Below, piece after piece: positions 14,601 to 29,500 of a DNA stretch of 64,000 nucleotides. The notes beneath the pieces are model-generated. The model worked only from the letters and a program-made list of their open reading frames with translations. It was not told the origin of the DNA and made no database searches. The translations under genes were made by a program, and so were the position numbers. Source of the stretch: Tubiluchus corallicola (lineage: Eukaryota > Animalia > Priapulida); assembly GCA_030141605.1 (NCBI GenBank), contig JAQGDQ010000035.1:930001-994000 (forward strand). The letters are read 5' to 3'. The stretch's first letter is position 1. Each line of letters opens with the position of its first letter.

Positions 14601-17600
14601 ACAAGAAAACCCTTCATAAACATAAAGCTTAAAAATTCGTTTTGAAATTTTATATCGTTTACATACTGCTTTTTTGCGTGCAGGACTTCAATCGGCAGTC
14701 ACGCTGTATAAAACATGTAAATTTAAACTCCCGCGATGACCGTTAGACGCAGCCATGAAACAAGTTTAGATAACACTTTGTAAAGTTTGAAAAAATAATT
14801 AGAACATTCGTAGCGCACAAGTCACTAACTAAATAAAATTTAAAATTACTGTATCTTGTCAATAAGATTAAAAAAACGTTTTTAGTTACTGAGTGGTGCA
14901 CCCTGGAGGGTGAGTCAGCGATATTTTACCAATTTGTGAAAACATTTTAAATAATTAATAACTTTCTTTTCTAGTTACATAAGTCTTTCTAGTAGGTAAG
15001 CGACAATCTAAGTAATATAGATTTGCGCGGAAAGTCTTTTGGGACATAATTTAACATTGCTTTCTCTTCCCTTCATTTACGTTTGGTGCATGACGTCATG
15101 TAATGGCGACTTCGGAACAGTATTGCGGGAGATTTAAAATAAGAACAGACTAAAATTCCTTTCAGTGTGAGTAAAATATACGCATAAAATTGCTATAAAG
15201 TAATATAATTTTTAAGGCGATTTTTCTGAAATCTACTTCAGGTACGCCTTTTCTTGTCCTTCAAATACCATATATGCATGCCACACTCTGTCGAATGCTT
15301 TAGAAATGTCTAAGAAAACAGCTCTAGCATTAAGCAAACCATTTTCGAGAGCTTGATAAATTTTGTTAAATATAAGCAGGATAAGAGAGATACGAGACTG
15401 TAAATATTTTTTTATCTGACGGTCGTCTTTTTTGAAAATTGGACACATATTGGCCTTTTCCCAAATTTTCGGAAATGTTGAGGATTGCAAAGAAATGTTC
15501 AAAAATTTTGATAAAGGTGTTGCTAATGATGAAGCAGTTTTCTTTAGAATTAGATTACTAATACAATCGTCCCGCGAAGCCTTTGAAACATCAAGACCTA
15601 AGAGAATATCACGAATATCAGAAGGTGATGCAGTCAAATTTGACAAACGAGCATCAGTTTTATAGAAGTGTGTGGCAATTTGTTTACCGCATTTACCGTT
15701 GATTGCTCACAAAAGAGCTTGTTTAATATAGTTGCTTTATATTTGTCGAGAGATATGACCTCGTTCCCTTCTTTGAATGTTGAACTCCCACGTAATTCTT
15801 TTTTCCGCGACAGACTTTGTAAGTTTCTGCTAGGTTTTACTGGGAGTACTTAGATCAGACAAACAATTTGCTGTTTTTTTGTAGTACTTACGTTTACTTT
15901 CATAGCAAGCTTTGTTAAACTTATTTCGTGACATCTTAAAATCACCTGTCGTGAAATCGCTAGAATGTTTTTTTTGTGGTTTAACCACTTTCTATGTTTT
16001 TTCCTGCGCAATTTACGACAATACATGTCAAACCAAGGCTTATCCCTTGATCTCACGGTGACTATTTTTTGAAGGAATGAACGTCATTATTAATGAGTGA
16101 ACCAAGTTAGTAAAATATTCGCTACATTCGTCGAGGAAAATAGTTCGGTTAAAGTTTGTTTATTTTTGTGGTTAAAGCTGCTTGCTGATTATTGATGTTT
16201 ATGGCGTGGCGTGTGAGGTCGCCACGACGGGCATGGCAAACTATCAAGACTTGATTTAAGGAGCAACACATTTATTAAACATCAAACAGAACACAGTAAA
16301 TATAATAGGATAGTAATGCCAGTCCTCCGTCTCCAAGTCAGTTCCTAATCTCCCCGAGGTGCGGGCATCGAACACTTTTGACTAACTCCCTAATGCGCCG
16401 TGAGCTTCTGCGCAAAAGGGCTTCATTACCATGAGTCAGCCGGTCGAAGATCAGCTGGTCACGTGATGGCACACCTAACTAGGCTTCTTGTCAAGCATTT
16501 GATCTTGAGTTATTAATTTAATAATTTCATCGCCAATTTAATCAAAATCATTATTTAACACAGCTTTCCTTTACTCGTCGATGTTGTGTGACCTTTCGAG
16601 TAGGCCCCAGTCGGAATTTTGGATAGCATTGTTAAGATTCGGCCAGTCGGGTTGATCGTAATAGTAATTCTTTCTTTTATAAGCTGTCGGTAGTTCTAAA
16701 GGTATTCGACAAAATACGGGACAATGACCACAATTTGCTAACGTAGCAAGTGTTACACATTCATTGAAATACCCGGGTCAGTGATAACTAAATCGAGCAT
16801 TGAACAAGATATTTCAGTCACTCTAGTGGGTTCATGTACTAGCTAGGTTAAATTATTATTTACTACAAATTTGTATAATTTATTTCCTGCTAGATTGTCG
16901 CCTCCCGAATTGTACCACGTACTAATTCTAGCATTAGGCGCTGAAAAAAATAATAAATGAATATTTGCCAGAAAAAAGGGCAAAGATTGTAAGATGTTGT
17001 CATAAGACAGCTGGAGGTCATCAATAAACATAGCAATTGATTCTGTGGATTGATTAGGTGGAGACCGATAGGCCACACAAACAAAGGACATAATGCCCAC
17101 TGGTAATCTGTAGCCACATAATTTCCTGATTAAATGGTTCATATTCACGCACAGGAAGTTCATTGCTGACGTGCTGCGACACCCCACCCACAGTGCCCTG
17201 GCGATCACGACGAAAAATTGGCTGGCCATTAATAAATAATTGATTCTTCACTACCGTCGTGAAGTCAGGTCTCGGTGAGACAGACGAAGTCTCAGTTACA
17301 GCTTAAAGTAAGGTTCGTTAATTCTGATATTCCACAAAAGTCATTTGCTTAGGACATCCCGTATCAAGGAAAGAATGATAATGTGTCATAGATAATGTAC
17401 TGTAACGAAGAGCGGATGGTGGTGATACGCCATTTTTCGCATAGTTGAAAAGAAAACTTAAAAAACAGTAGTAAGAGTAAAATTACTGAATTAAGTAACA
17501 CGCCAGGTGTCTACCATTTCGTGCTCCACGCCAATTGTTGTTACGGAACAGGTGCTGAGGTGGACGACGTCATTCCATACCAGCTACTTATAGCTGCTAT

Positions 17601-19259
17601 GCAACGCTGATATGCAATGGCTTCGTAATGGGCCAAACCATCACAATGCAGAGGGGTGCCGAAAATAAATGGCATTTCGACCCCGTAACAGTATCATACA
17701 TACGTACACAATGGAACTACGGAAGTAATTTATACATAATTTTGTATTTACTTCCTACAGTTATTTGTTACAGGCAAATACTTAATTTGTTACTCGGAAA
17801 TGCATTTCCGACAGCAACGTCTTCTAAAGTTAAATGGGGGGATATAATTAATGATGTTATCAACAGATATAAAAACAAGCAAACCCATTCCAAAGAACTA
17901 ATAATTGACAACAAAGTGATAAAGAAATCTAAAATATTGCAAATGCCCTTAATACTACTTTCGTTGATTTGGAAATTTCGAAATTTCTGCCAACCACTTG
18001 CAGTATAACTGCGATACGATCACTTTCCAAATTAAAAATGAAATTAAATACTAACATAAGTTTTTCGTTTTCCAGTATAACCACAAATGAAATACATGAA
18101 CTTAAATTAGAAATTAACGAAGGCAGTGGCCATCTCAAAAACGTCTACGAAAATATTAAAGGACAGCGCCAACATATCGCCACCTCATATTACCTAAATT
18201 ACAAACCAAATGGTCATGCATAGTGAATTCCCTAGTATCTGTATGTAAACTAGCTATTGTAATACCAGTCCACCAAAGCAATATCAATTTGGTTTTACAC
18301 AAAACTCTGCTGCTGATGCCATAGTACATGCAGCCGAGGGTCAAATTTAAGTGAAAATAAATATGTTGTAGCTGCATTTTCAGACTTAAGTAAAGTTCTC
18401 GGTAGCCTGGACCATAATCTTTTAAAAGAAAATTTAAAATTATTAGGATATGCCGTAACTTCATTAAAACTCGCTAGCAGTTACTTGAGAACAGAAAACA
18501 GAGAACATTACAACCACACAAGTTGGTCCCTTACTTTTCTGCTTTTATATTGATAATATATCTAAAGCACTAACACATTGTAATATAACACAGTATACTA
18601 ACTATATAATACATATACTAGCAAAGGCCCCGCAAAAATTTGCGCATAAATACACTTATAATCAATAATACGCGAACATCATACATAGTCCTCATTTATA
18701 ATGCAAAGCCATTTGTAGTTATTACTGAATTAAAGTTATAGGCTTATAGGCAGAGTATAATAGATGACGTCAGAACAATGGCTTTGCATCAGCAGTTTTC
18801 CAAGCGAAAATTGCCAAAAATGGAACATCTAATTAACTCGTCGGCACTCCTCTTGGTGGACGTGTCCTAAAAATATAGCCCACATCATCGTGTAGCCCTG
18901 TTCTTCCTCTTTCTAAAGAACCGTATATCTCCTTCCAAAAGTCCCACTGAACCGCTAGAGCGTTTTTTCTATAGGCTGTTTGGCCAAAATTTCGAAAAAA
19001 TCGGGAGATGGGTCCGGGAAAACGTCCGTTGCCGTCCTGAGGTCCTCTCGCAAATTCTAAATATGCCTACTACACCCACCGCTGAACGGGCTATCTATCC
19101 GTGGCGGCACCGCCCCCGGCCCGTTCCCGTTCTTCAGAAATAAGAGGTGGGCCCAATTCGAAAAATAAACGCCTCAATGGCGTGACACTAGATCGAGACC
19201 TTTCGTTTGATATATAGATCGCCGCAAATGGTGCCGTCGTCCGAGCTGTAGCCTCGAAT

Positions 19260-19312
<53 letters not shown>

Positions 19313-22300
19313 AAACATACCAGCGAAATTAATATATACGATATGTACTCGTTTAGTTTTCTCCACTTGCTCTGCCATGTTGACAACAGAAGTAGAAGTG
19401 CTGTATTGTTATCCTTGTGTGCTGTCTGGGTTCAGATCCGGCTCGAAAGACCATATGTGAAAGTCATTTTTGAAGTTGTTGTACAGTCACTTTGATATAA
19501 GTGAATTTAGACACAGAGAAGTATGGACAGGAACCAAACATCTATAATAAATATTTGCATTGCGCACATCAGAAAAGTGTTTATTGAACTATAAAAACAT
19601 GAATAGAAAACTGTTGCACTGAACATTGAGCAAAACTGGAATCTAAAAACAGTCAGGAAAAACCTGTTTCACAGCCAGAATACAGGTATTGAACTTGACC
19701 TATGCAGACTTGCACAGGCTTCACATCAACCATTAATTTAAGATAGGGAGAGGTCCAGTATGTATGTAGTCACTGAACCATACAATTATACCTAAGGTAA
19801 GTAAGCTAGTAGAATGTAACAAGATTAGTACATAGATGGCAGCAGCTAACGTCAATGTACAAATACCGACTTCCACACGCTCCGTTTTCGCAAAACTTGT
19901 GCTGCTTAGTTTAAGAGAATGGGAATGCGCAGAGAGGCAGTGCAGTAATGGCACTAGTTTAATGCAAAAAGATTAATGTGCAGCAGGTTGAAGTTGGGCC
20001 AAAAAATTTAAAAAACAAGCCAATGCCAAAGTACAAAATACTTGCAAAACTTACCTTGCATACAATCGTACAACTAATAATTGCTTGTATGTTTCAGTTT
20101 GCAAAATGGTGGGGCTTGGTCTACTAGAGGATGTTATGCTGAATCAAGTAACGATTTTAAAACCATCTGCAGATGCGACCATGTTACGTCATTTGCTGTC
20201 TTGATGAGTGCGACTCCTGCGAGTGTATGTTTACGCACCTCAAATTGTTTCTCTTGACCTATGTCTATAGTTATTCTCGCATTTACTGCCATTAATATTT
20301 TTTGCTATTGTCAATGTTACATTTCTGTAATGTCTGCTATCATAATTCTTGTAATTATAAAGATGATTGTCAAGTTTGTTGAGCATAGATGATCGTTTCG
20401 GCTAAAAAGGGAATAATTAGTACATTGAAAATACTACAAAGGCACAAAATGTCATAACACTCAAATACAAAGGCACAAAATGTCATAACACTCAAATACA
20501 AAGGCACAAAATGTCATAACAACAAATTAGAATTTAAATTTTCAAAATAGACGTGGATGTAACTAGAAGAAATTGCAGAGAAATGTAAAAAAACTTTTAC
20601 CATGCCTACATAATGAAGAACCACAGCTGTAAGGCTGCGTCAAAGCAGTAAAGAGGATAAGATTTGTATAGGTGTAGATGAAATGATTAAGGCAATAAAA
20701 ACGGCACAGGCGACGGCTTGCTTGGGCTAGATAGTGACACGTTATTAACGGTTCGCATATGCTGTTTGTGCATTTAAGTCTTCTCAGGTACGTTATATCC
20801 CACTGTCACCTTCACTATAGCCGTAGTACAAAAAGTAATTACAGAGCCATATCACTTACTTCATGTTTGATTAAAATTATTGACTGGATATTGCTAAACA
20901 GGTTTCATTCATTGCTGTCTCGTTCTGAATTGCAGTTTACTTACAAGAAAAATTCCTCCGCTGATATTTGTACATTACTCTCAAGGATATTGTTAAATAT
21001 TACATGAACAAAGATACGCCTGTATTGCTGTTTAATTGACTTTTCAACTGCATTTGATAAAATTTATATTATTGCGTTGTTTACAAAGCTTTAAAAGAAA
21101 ATTAGCATGACTTATTCTGCTTTATCATTGTTACTTTATCTAAATCAGAAAATAAGACTTCGGTGGAATAGAGCAAATTCTTACGTATTTACTGCCACAA
21201 ATGGCATAAGACAGGGTAGTGTATTGTACGGTATCTTCTTTTCAATACACATTGTTGAAATGCTGACAAAATTGAAGAATAAGAAAATTGGTTGCCACCT
21301 TTTAAATTCGTTTTCTGGTACGTTAGGTTATGCTGATGACGTAACCCTATTGGTTTCCTCCTCAACAGGCTTAAAAATGATGTTGGATATTTGTACAGAC
21401 TTTGCTGAAAAACATGATCATGTTGATCAATTTGGAAAAATCAAAATGAAAAATTAATGTATTCTATTTAGAAAACACCAGCAATACAATATTCTGAGGA
21501 TTATTATTAATGGAACTATATTAAAATGGTATAATGAAGTTGTTCACTTAGGGCATTGTCTTAACTACTGTTTAGATCAAAATATTCCATTTTGCGTTGT
21601 AAGCAATATTTTATTAAATCTGTAAATTCAACGTTATGTTACTTTAAGACTATTTCTGATAAGAGGGTATTGCTAAAATTGTTCTTTTCGTATTGTTTTG
21701 CATTTTATGGTAGTAATATTTTCTGACAGTAACATTAAGTTAATAGCGGTGGAATTTAGAAAATCTTTCCGACGATTTTTAGGTGTTCCGTACAACTCTG
21801 ATTCAAATAGGACACGTTGCATAGCCGAAACTGTACCCCATTAACATTTTTTGTAAAAGGACATTAAAGATGTACAAGCGTCAATCAAACTAATAACGAA
21901 ATTCTCTTGTCACTGAACATTTTATAAATAGTAACTAACTTATATATGCTTTTATATTTACTAACTAACTAATTCAAAATTGTATACGTTGTATTATTTT
22001 TTGTATATATTTCTATTGTTACTAATTATCTATATGCATCTCTATATTGTGTATTGCATAAGTCTGCGAAATAAATGAATATATGTATATTATAAGAATA
22101 AGCGAACCAACACAACTTTACATTTTGCACAATTTATGACAAAGGGGAAACACAATATGGGAACACAGCAGCATTTGAATGTTCTATTTCTGTGTTTTAA
22201 AACAACTTGACTCTGTTCTTCAGGCTCTGTAATGATCCTTGTGGATTTACCTTCTGTGTCACTTTCAAATGCTGCTGGTTTCAAATAATAATGGAAAACA

Positions 22301-22355
22301 AGACAAGGTAGTATGAACGACATTCTGTACACTCAGCATTTTCAATGCACATTAA

Positions 22356-22387
<32 letters not shown>

Positions 22388-22398
22388 ATAGCAGTAGC

Positions 22399-22430
<32 letters not shown>

Positions 22431-23419
22431 CCAAAAAAACTTGACATGATTTTGCCCGTACTAATTTTTTGCTTATTTTCAGAAAAACTTGGGCCTTCAC
22501 CTTATTTCGACCATAGGCTGTGCGTTAACAATCACGGGGGTTTTATTTACTACAGTTATTTATATTTGGCTATGGAGGTAATTTAAATTAAAGAATTTTC
22601 CTTCCTTTATACTTGTTTGTAAAAATAAATAGAAACTATTGTCAGAAACGAACTTTATCATAATAATAATCTTTATTGTTAAGATTGCGAAATGCCATTT
22701 ATTTTCACCTCCGGCTTTATATTGTGATGCTTCTATGATCCGTTGAATTATATTTATGTATAATTTATGTTATACAGAAACTTAAGATCTTCTCGAGCAA
22801 TACTGCTGCTTAACCTCTGTGCGAGTCTTTTCTTTGCAACACTTACCTTTGTGATTGGTATAGAAACTGAAAACAAGGTAAGTGAAAATTCAGTAGAGCC
22901 TCAATGGCTGCCAGTCAGTTTTAGTTTGTATCTATTTTAATATTCCTTTTTTGGTTTAATCAACTGTATTAATGTGTTGAACACCATCTTAACCTAAAGT
23001 CATTTAGAATTAAGATTACCGTTGAGATCACTTACATTTTTCATTAAACATTTAAATTTCAAGTTTACACGCCGGATCTATTTTACAGTAACCCGGATCG
23101 TTTCTAAGGTTTTTTAACTTTCACCACCTTTCAACATGGTTCTTACTCATCAAAGACAGCACTCGAGTTAAATCTTGTTTTGATGACAAGTTTTAATAAA
23201 ATGACTCGGAAGGCATAAAGATAAGACAACTCAGCTATCTTTGAGCAGGGCAAAATTATCGCAAAAGTTTATTAGTCAAAACTGCAAGATTCATAAAACT
23301 GTCACCTTGCATCGCTTGTGCAATCTGTGTATGGGTAACGGCAGGAACTCTCACATATAAGGGCAGGAAAATTCTATTTAAGACGCACGGCGCACTTACA
23401 CACGCCCCACACACGCAGG

Positions 23420-23504
<85 letters not shown>

Positions 23505-26500
23505 TTGTAACCTGTTAGATATACAATTTAGTGCTTGTATTTCAGCCCAATGTACTTATAGTTTAACTTATGGTGTTGAAATGACTTTTGTGACTCGATT
23601 CACTACCGCCCACCGCCGTGCTAGGACCTCGGTGTTGTCGAAACAGTGACAGTTCCGCTACGATTTTCCTAGCAAACTGCTCCACTTGTTCAGACGGAGA
23701 CTTATTTGTGTCTCCATTATCCACCGACTGTTGCATCTGGCCGGCTGGCAGACCTTCCGAATTTGGCTTTTTGAATTGAGACGCTTTTCTCAAGCTTTGT
23801 TTCAGATGCGATGCGAAAATTCACTATTCACCGTTCACTATTAAGATGGTGGAGGTCATTTTGGAATAATTTTCTTGGCACATCTACACTAGACTGGCTG
23901 TTTTCCATAAGCTATCGTGGTGACAAAGAGTAATATTCTCCTCGTCTCCCATTGGTCATCTTTGGTCAACCATTGCATTAAATGGTTTAGCTAAACGTTT
24001 TAGTTCAGTTTTTCAGGTAGGGTTTCCCATTAACGCAATAAGCTTTTGCACACTTCGTCTTGATAGAGCGAATCGCATTTACGTATCTTTCCACATATTG
24101 CGTTACATACACATCAGACTGGTCTGAATCATTTATTGCCACGTGTGTCATTATAATTTCAATATATATACACATTGTGACGGTTCGTGGTATTAAAACT
24201 AATACATTATAATTGATCTAGGGTAATTTAATATCAAAGTCTCAAATCTAAATTTACTTATATGTCAGGATAATTATTTCTACTAATTTCATCACCAAGC
24301 GTTTGGGTTCATGTTGGGGCAATTCTTCTATAGGACTCGATTATTTCACTAAATATAATCATTGAGTTGTTAATCGTAAGTGTTTTCACAAACTTTGAAA
24401 TAGAACTAATAAACACCTGGATGCTGTGCAAATTATACAGTATATTATTCAACGAGAACAAAGCAAAGAACAATTGTACATACGGGAGAAAATAATACAT
24501 ACTGGGCCCAGATTTAACAAGTAACAAGGAGTATACTCATGTTTATACGTAGTTCCTGATGGCCGGCTCTTCCAGGATGCACCAAGGACGGTTCACATTC
24601 CCAAATCCACGATCCTGTACTGGAATAAGGAGGATGCTCCACCATGTAGCCGATCCATGAGTTCTGACACGCTACAAGCAGTTTAATCTGGAATCGTAGT
24701 CGATCTCTGCGTCTCCACTACTGCTGAAAAGCATAACCAGAATGCTGTGGACTCCGCCACTATGTGGAGACTCCACCAATGCTCCGAAAGTTTCAGAATC
24801 ACTCACAGGGTAAGTTGTCCAAGAGCTCCTCTAAGTGAAGAAGTATGACGAGGCAATTACCTCACTCCTGAGTCGTGCTGGTGCTACGTAAAGGTTGTCG
24901 ATACAACATTGTGCATTTAACCATTGTCTCTCACAGACCATCAACTAAATTTTGCCATTATAGCCAAAATAAAACTCATAGACAAAACGTGTCTCAAACA
25001 TATGATGAACAGAAGAAAGGTACCAACTATGTCAACCAGGTAAAAACGGCCTGGATAGACATTAGTTCAACACAAAATTCGATACCTAAATGAAGTGGGT
25101 AAACATTAGCCTAGATAGAATGACCTTGTATATAATGCATAGCATCCAATGGCTTCTATACTGTTCAAAATCTTATACGGATGAATGGCCCCGTATATCG
25201 GCCAGTTAGCTAGCGCTCATGCATCGCATGGCTGTGACACATATATTATTTTATTCGCCTATCGTACAGCATACAGTCAAGGTTAGTAACAAAATAAAAT
25301 AACAGGAAATCACAATATGCAAGTATTTACAAACTCACATTACGAATACATATTTACAAATTATTCCCTGAAAAGGGTTAGTAAAATTTGCCACATTCCT
25401 CCGTTGTAAAACCAGCTATTGCGTATTCCTTAAAATGATAAAACCAGTAAAATTCACTTGTTAATTTCTCTAATTTGATTAGATGTTCTTTGACATATAA
25501 GGGTTTTTAACAATCGGATTTATAGTATTTGTACACAACACACTAGGAAAATAACCGTGAATAAACATGCTATTAAACAACATTGTTAAATGTGCAGCCA
25601 AGTTATGTGATCAATTATTTACATGGTCACAGTCTAAACCAAGCGTACCATCGCTTTTACCTCGTTTATTGTTTGGATACAGCTCTGGATACAGTTTTGT
25701 CTCAGTATAATAAAAACTTGATTCAAGTCGTGTTTACTCTTCTGTTTGTATTCATTATAAATTCTGAGTATTTCATTGCTGTCAGTACTCACATTATTAT
25801 ACAAAGCTTTAAAGTCATTGGCAGAATCATTGGCGATATCAATGGGTGAAAGGCCTCCAGAAGAGAGCCTTTTCCCGCTCTAGCTTAACTTCGTCATTGC
25901 AAAAACAATGATTTATTAAGTTGTTCTGCTTTTACATTTTCAGTTTTAGCAAGGCACATTCTACTTGCATTTAAACAAGAGTTAATAATGTTTTCACTAT
26001 GTAAATGAATTGTAGTTTTACAGTTACAAGTGTCAGAATCACCAGTGCAAATGCATGTTTAATTAAGTAGTTCAATTAAGTCAAGGTTATTGTCTAGATT
26101 TGGCAATAACTCTTTAAACTTCGTTTATTTGCTCGAGCACAAAGGATATACGTGGCCGATAGATAGGCTCCAGCGCCAAGGAGGCCTACCCAGATTTGTG
26201 TTTCAGATGCCAGTGCCGAGGACATTTTGCCAAAGGTTGCCGTAGCCCCAGGTTTTACACCCGAGAAGAGGGTCTAAGGAAGCCACGGGGAAACTACTAG
26301 GCTACCGGCAGGGGGTCTCCACAGCCGGAACCTATTGAATGGGGAGACAGGCGGCGATTGTGAAAGTTACGCAGCAGTATGGAGAAAATGTGTATCATGT
26401 GTGAATAAAACAGATCAGCCTATAGAAAGGCGCAAAAGGAAAAGGTGGGATAATTTAAATGGTTCCTATCAAGTTATTAGGGCGGCACACGTTGATTGGG

Positions 26501-29500
26501 ACACTATGAGTGCGTTTCGAACCCATGGCTACACAGTTTGGGAAGAACAGTTGATTACACAACCCACCTGTGCTGCAGAGTTAAACGAGAAGCCCACCCG
26601 TAGGCTTATAATCGGAAATGCTACATAACAATTAGAAATAATACTTTGAGGCCAGTGCTTTTCAAGAAAAATAATTCGTTGGGAACCGCGCAATTAATAA
26701 GCATTCTAGATGTATATACATTAGCCATTGGCAGGTTATGCAGCAGATCAGCGAAATATGCAGCAAACCATGAGGCAGCGAAACAAGGATGCGTTAACGA
26801 GGTCCCGAAGAAATAGTTTACACCGCAGGCCCACAAGCAAGCAGGGCGTGATGCTTGAGCCAACAGCAGCAAGATACAAGAGCTATGAATTAAACTGCAT
26901 AGCCAGCAGTCACCGCAAGCCATTAATTAAGCGAAACTGGTACACTGACCTTCAAGCAGCAAGTTGGGGATCACGGGTGAAATGTAATAGGCCTCATGAT
27001 TGCCGCAGTGAAGTTGGTTTAAAATTAGAATATGATGGCAAAGGGGGTATGTTCGTTGAGTTAAAAGTCCCTAGCATGTCCTCGGCAGGCCTAATGAAAG
27101 AACACCGACATTGGCTCTACCAAGATGGTGTATCTGGGGAAAAATCTGAAACTGACTTTAAATTAGATCATCTGTCGCTATATTGGAAAGCTAAGATGTA
27201 AATTTTCTTAAACAAATGGCATGGGTATTTGCTAATACGGATCTAGAGCTGGGAGAGACAGCAGTTGGCAGAAATGAGGATCAATACTGGATCAAACCAC
27301 CCATAAGTTCCGGGCCATATCGTATCCCAAATAATTTAGAAAGAGAATTGAATCAAATAACTAGAGATTTACTGCCAGCAAAAAGTATGGTATCACCAAA
27401 TAGTCCTTGCCCTCCCCATGTTCATTAGTAAAAAGGCAGACGGTAAGAGCTACCGTTTGGTTATAGATAATCGGAAATTAAATAAGTGTGTGAAGTTCGC
27501 CGAGAAACTAGCCCAACATTGCCGAATTTCACTGATAGGTTACAGGGAGCCAAATACTTTAGCTATCTTTATTTTCGACAAATTATAAGCAAGGTATTAG
27601 ATGGAATAACAGATCAATTTAGCATAGCATACCTAGATAAATTTGTGTGGGGAGAACCACAAGAGCAGGTCTTTAGAGAATTAAAAGCGGTCCTGTTAAA
27701 CCCAGTGATGCTCACCTATACAGATACAGAGAAACCATATCTTCTCTGCACTGACATATATAGTGAAAATAGTTTATATAGTGTGGGGTGCACTTATGCA
27801 GGAAATAAATGGGGTAGAGAGACCAGTGGAATTTTTCTCTCACCAATTAACGTCCACACTTGACGGCTTCCAAATTATATGCGATTATATACGGTATCCA
27901 TAAGTTACCTCCTAATATAGTGCGAATCAACGTCCTACTTTGGTACTTTCTAGCCGGCATGATGACAGTCCAGACCCTAGCTAGGGGAAGTGTGAATTTG
28001 CCAGGATATAGCACTTCACTAGTGAACAGGCTAGACTGGTGAAAAGAAAACGGTCAAAGTTCATGGAGGGATAGCGAGATTCCCTATGGATCGGTTGCCT
28101 TTGGGCGTGAGCCCATTGGTCCCTGAAAGGGATAGGGATGATTTGTTATGCTGAATGACTGCAAGCAGGCTATCTTCGTGATTGCTATCGACTGGGTCAC
28201 CGGCTGGTAATCTCACAAGTGTGAGATTGTTCAATATACAATCAGGCCTTGGATAGCCAAATTGTGAGCAGGTAAGCTCAGTCTCTGAAATCGGCTGAAG
28301 CTGAAAAGTTAAATCAGGAAATAGAGCACAGAGTCATGTGATGATGCTCTGTGTGGAAAAGTTTCCAGCCTTGGTACACCCTATACAGAAGCCTGAAGGA
28401 TCTAGAGCGTATAAGAGCTTGCAGTATTTGCTTGAAAACAAACACTTAAAAAAATCCCAAGCTAGAGTGCTGGGCATTGCTTTTATCGCAGCAAAAAAGA
28501 AGAAAATAAAGGGCGAATTAGACGCGAAGTTGTGCAACATATAGGGAAATGATGCTAGCACTGAAATAGCTGCCATTAGTGAGGCTAGTATGCAGAATAG
28601 AGCTCATAACTCAGCATCCCAGAGGGACAGCTGTCAGTCAGAGCAGTTGTACTAACTCACTGTCACAGATTCGTGAGGAAAGTAAAAGGGCATCGCTTCC
28701 TACGAGTTCCAAAGAAAGCAGAAAAATGGGATACAAGGCGCTATTAAGAAGAAATAAAATTAGAACTGCTGGAGAGCGCTCGGAAGAGATGTAACTGAGT
28801 AATGCGAGCGAGTTTAAAGAGGAGTTAGTAGACAAAAGGAAGTTTGCATTGTTACAAAGTCAAGATACTACGTAATACATGTAATCACTCCAAAGCAGCA
28901 GTCACAGGAGGCATACAGGTTAATGGAGGACTACGCTATAAATAGGGATGGATTGTCACCTGAACGTCACCAATCTTTGAAAGTAGCCGTCAGCTATTGC
29001 AGTGGGTGGACGTATTTTTTCAGCTCCGCAATTTAAGTAAAATTTATTCGTGTAAAAGTTCGTGAGCTTGATGAAACAAATAGCAGCGTGTTCGGTAATG
29101 TGTGCTGCATGCAGTGGTAGTGATGAGACTTTATAATCTCAAATTATTTTTGAGATATCAATAAAAAACGTATGATAACTATATAATTTCTTTGTAATAC
29201 ATTTCTATCTGCTAACTGGAAAACTTGTACGACAACGACACTCGAGTAATTTGTAATCGCTCTATTGTGCAAAACTTGAACCTTTTGTAGCAGTGCAGGT
29301 TAGTATACCTGCTGTGTGATAGCTTGCATTGTGACTTAACAAGTCTTGTCAGGTAGGAAATCTTGTCAATCATGTAAGAAAAGTCAAAATCCTGTCAGCC
29401 TGCCGGAAAATGGTGATATACTATGCGACCGTTGTGCAAGCCAGATAGAAAACTTCAGTATTACCTCTGTAACGTGGAAGAATCTAAACAACTGTATTAA

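Larger units (their letters stand above)
14225..17420 (-). mobile_element. CR1 LINE (APE + RT), decayed and interrupted
   Basis: [19 protein letters not shown] (16843-17251); KPWF (15850-16056); [16 protein letters not shown] (15233-15646), LGPILFL..FFADDT (14259-14573), HKHLGL near 14230. Confidence 0.9.
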
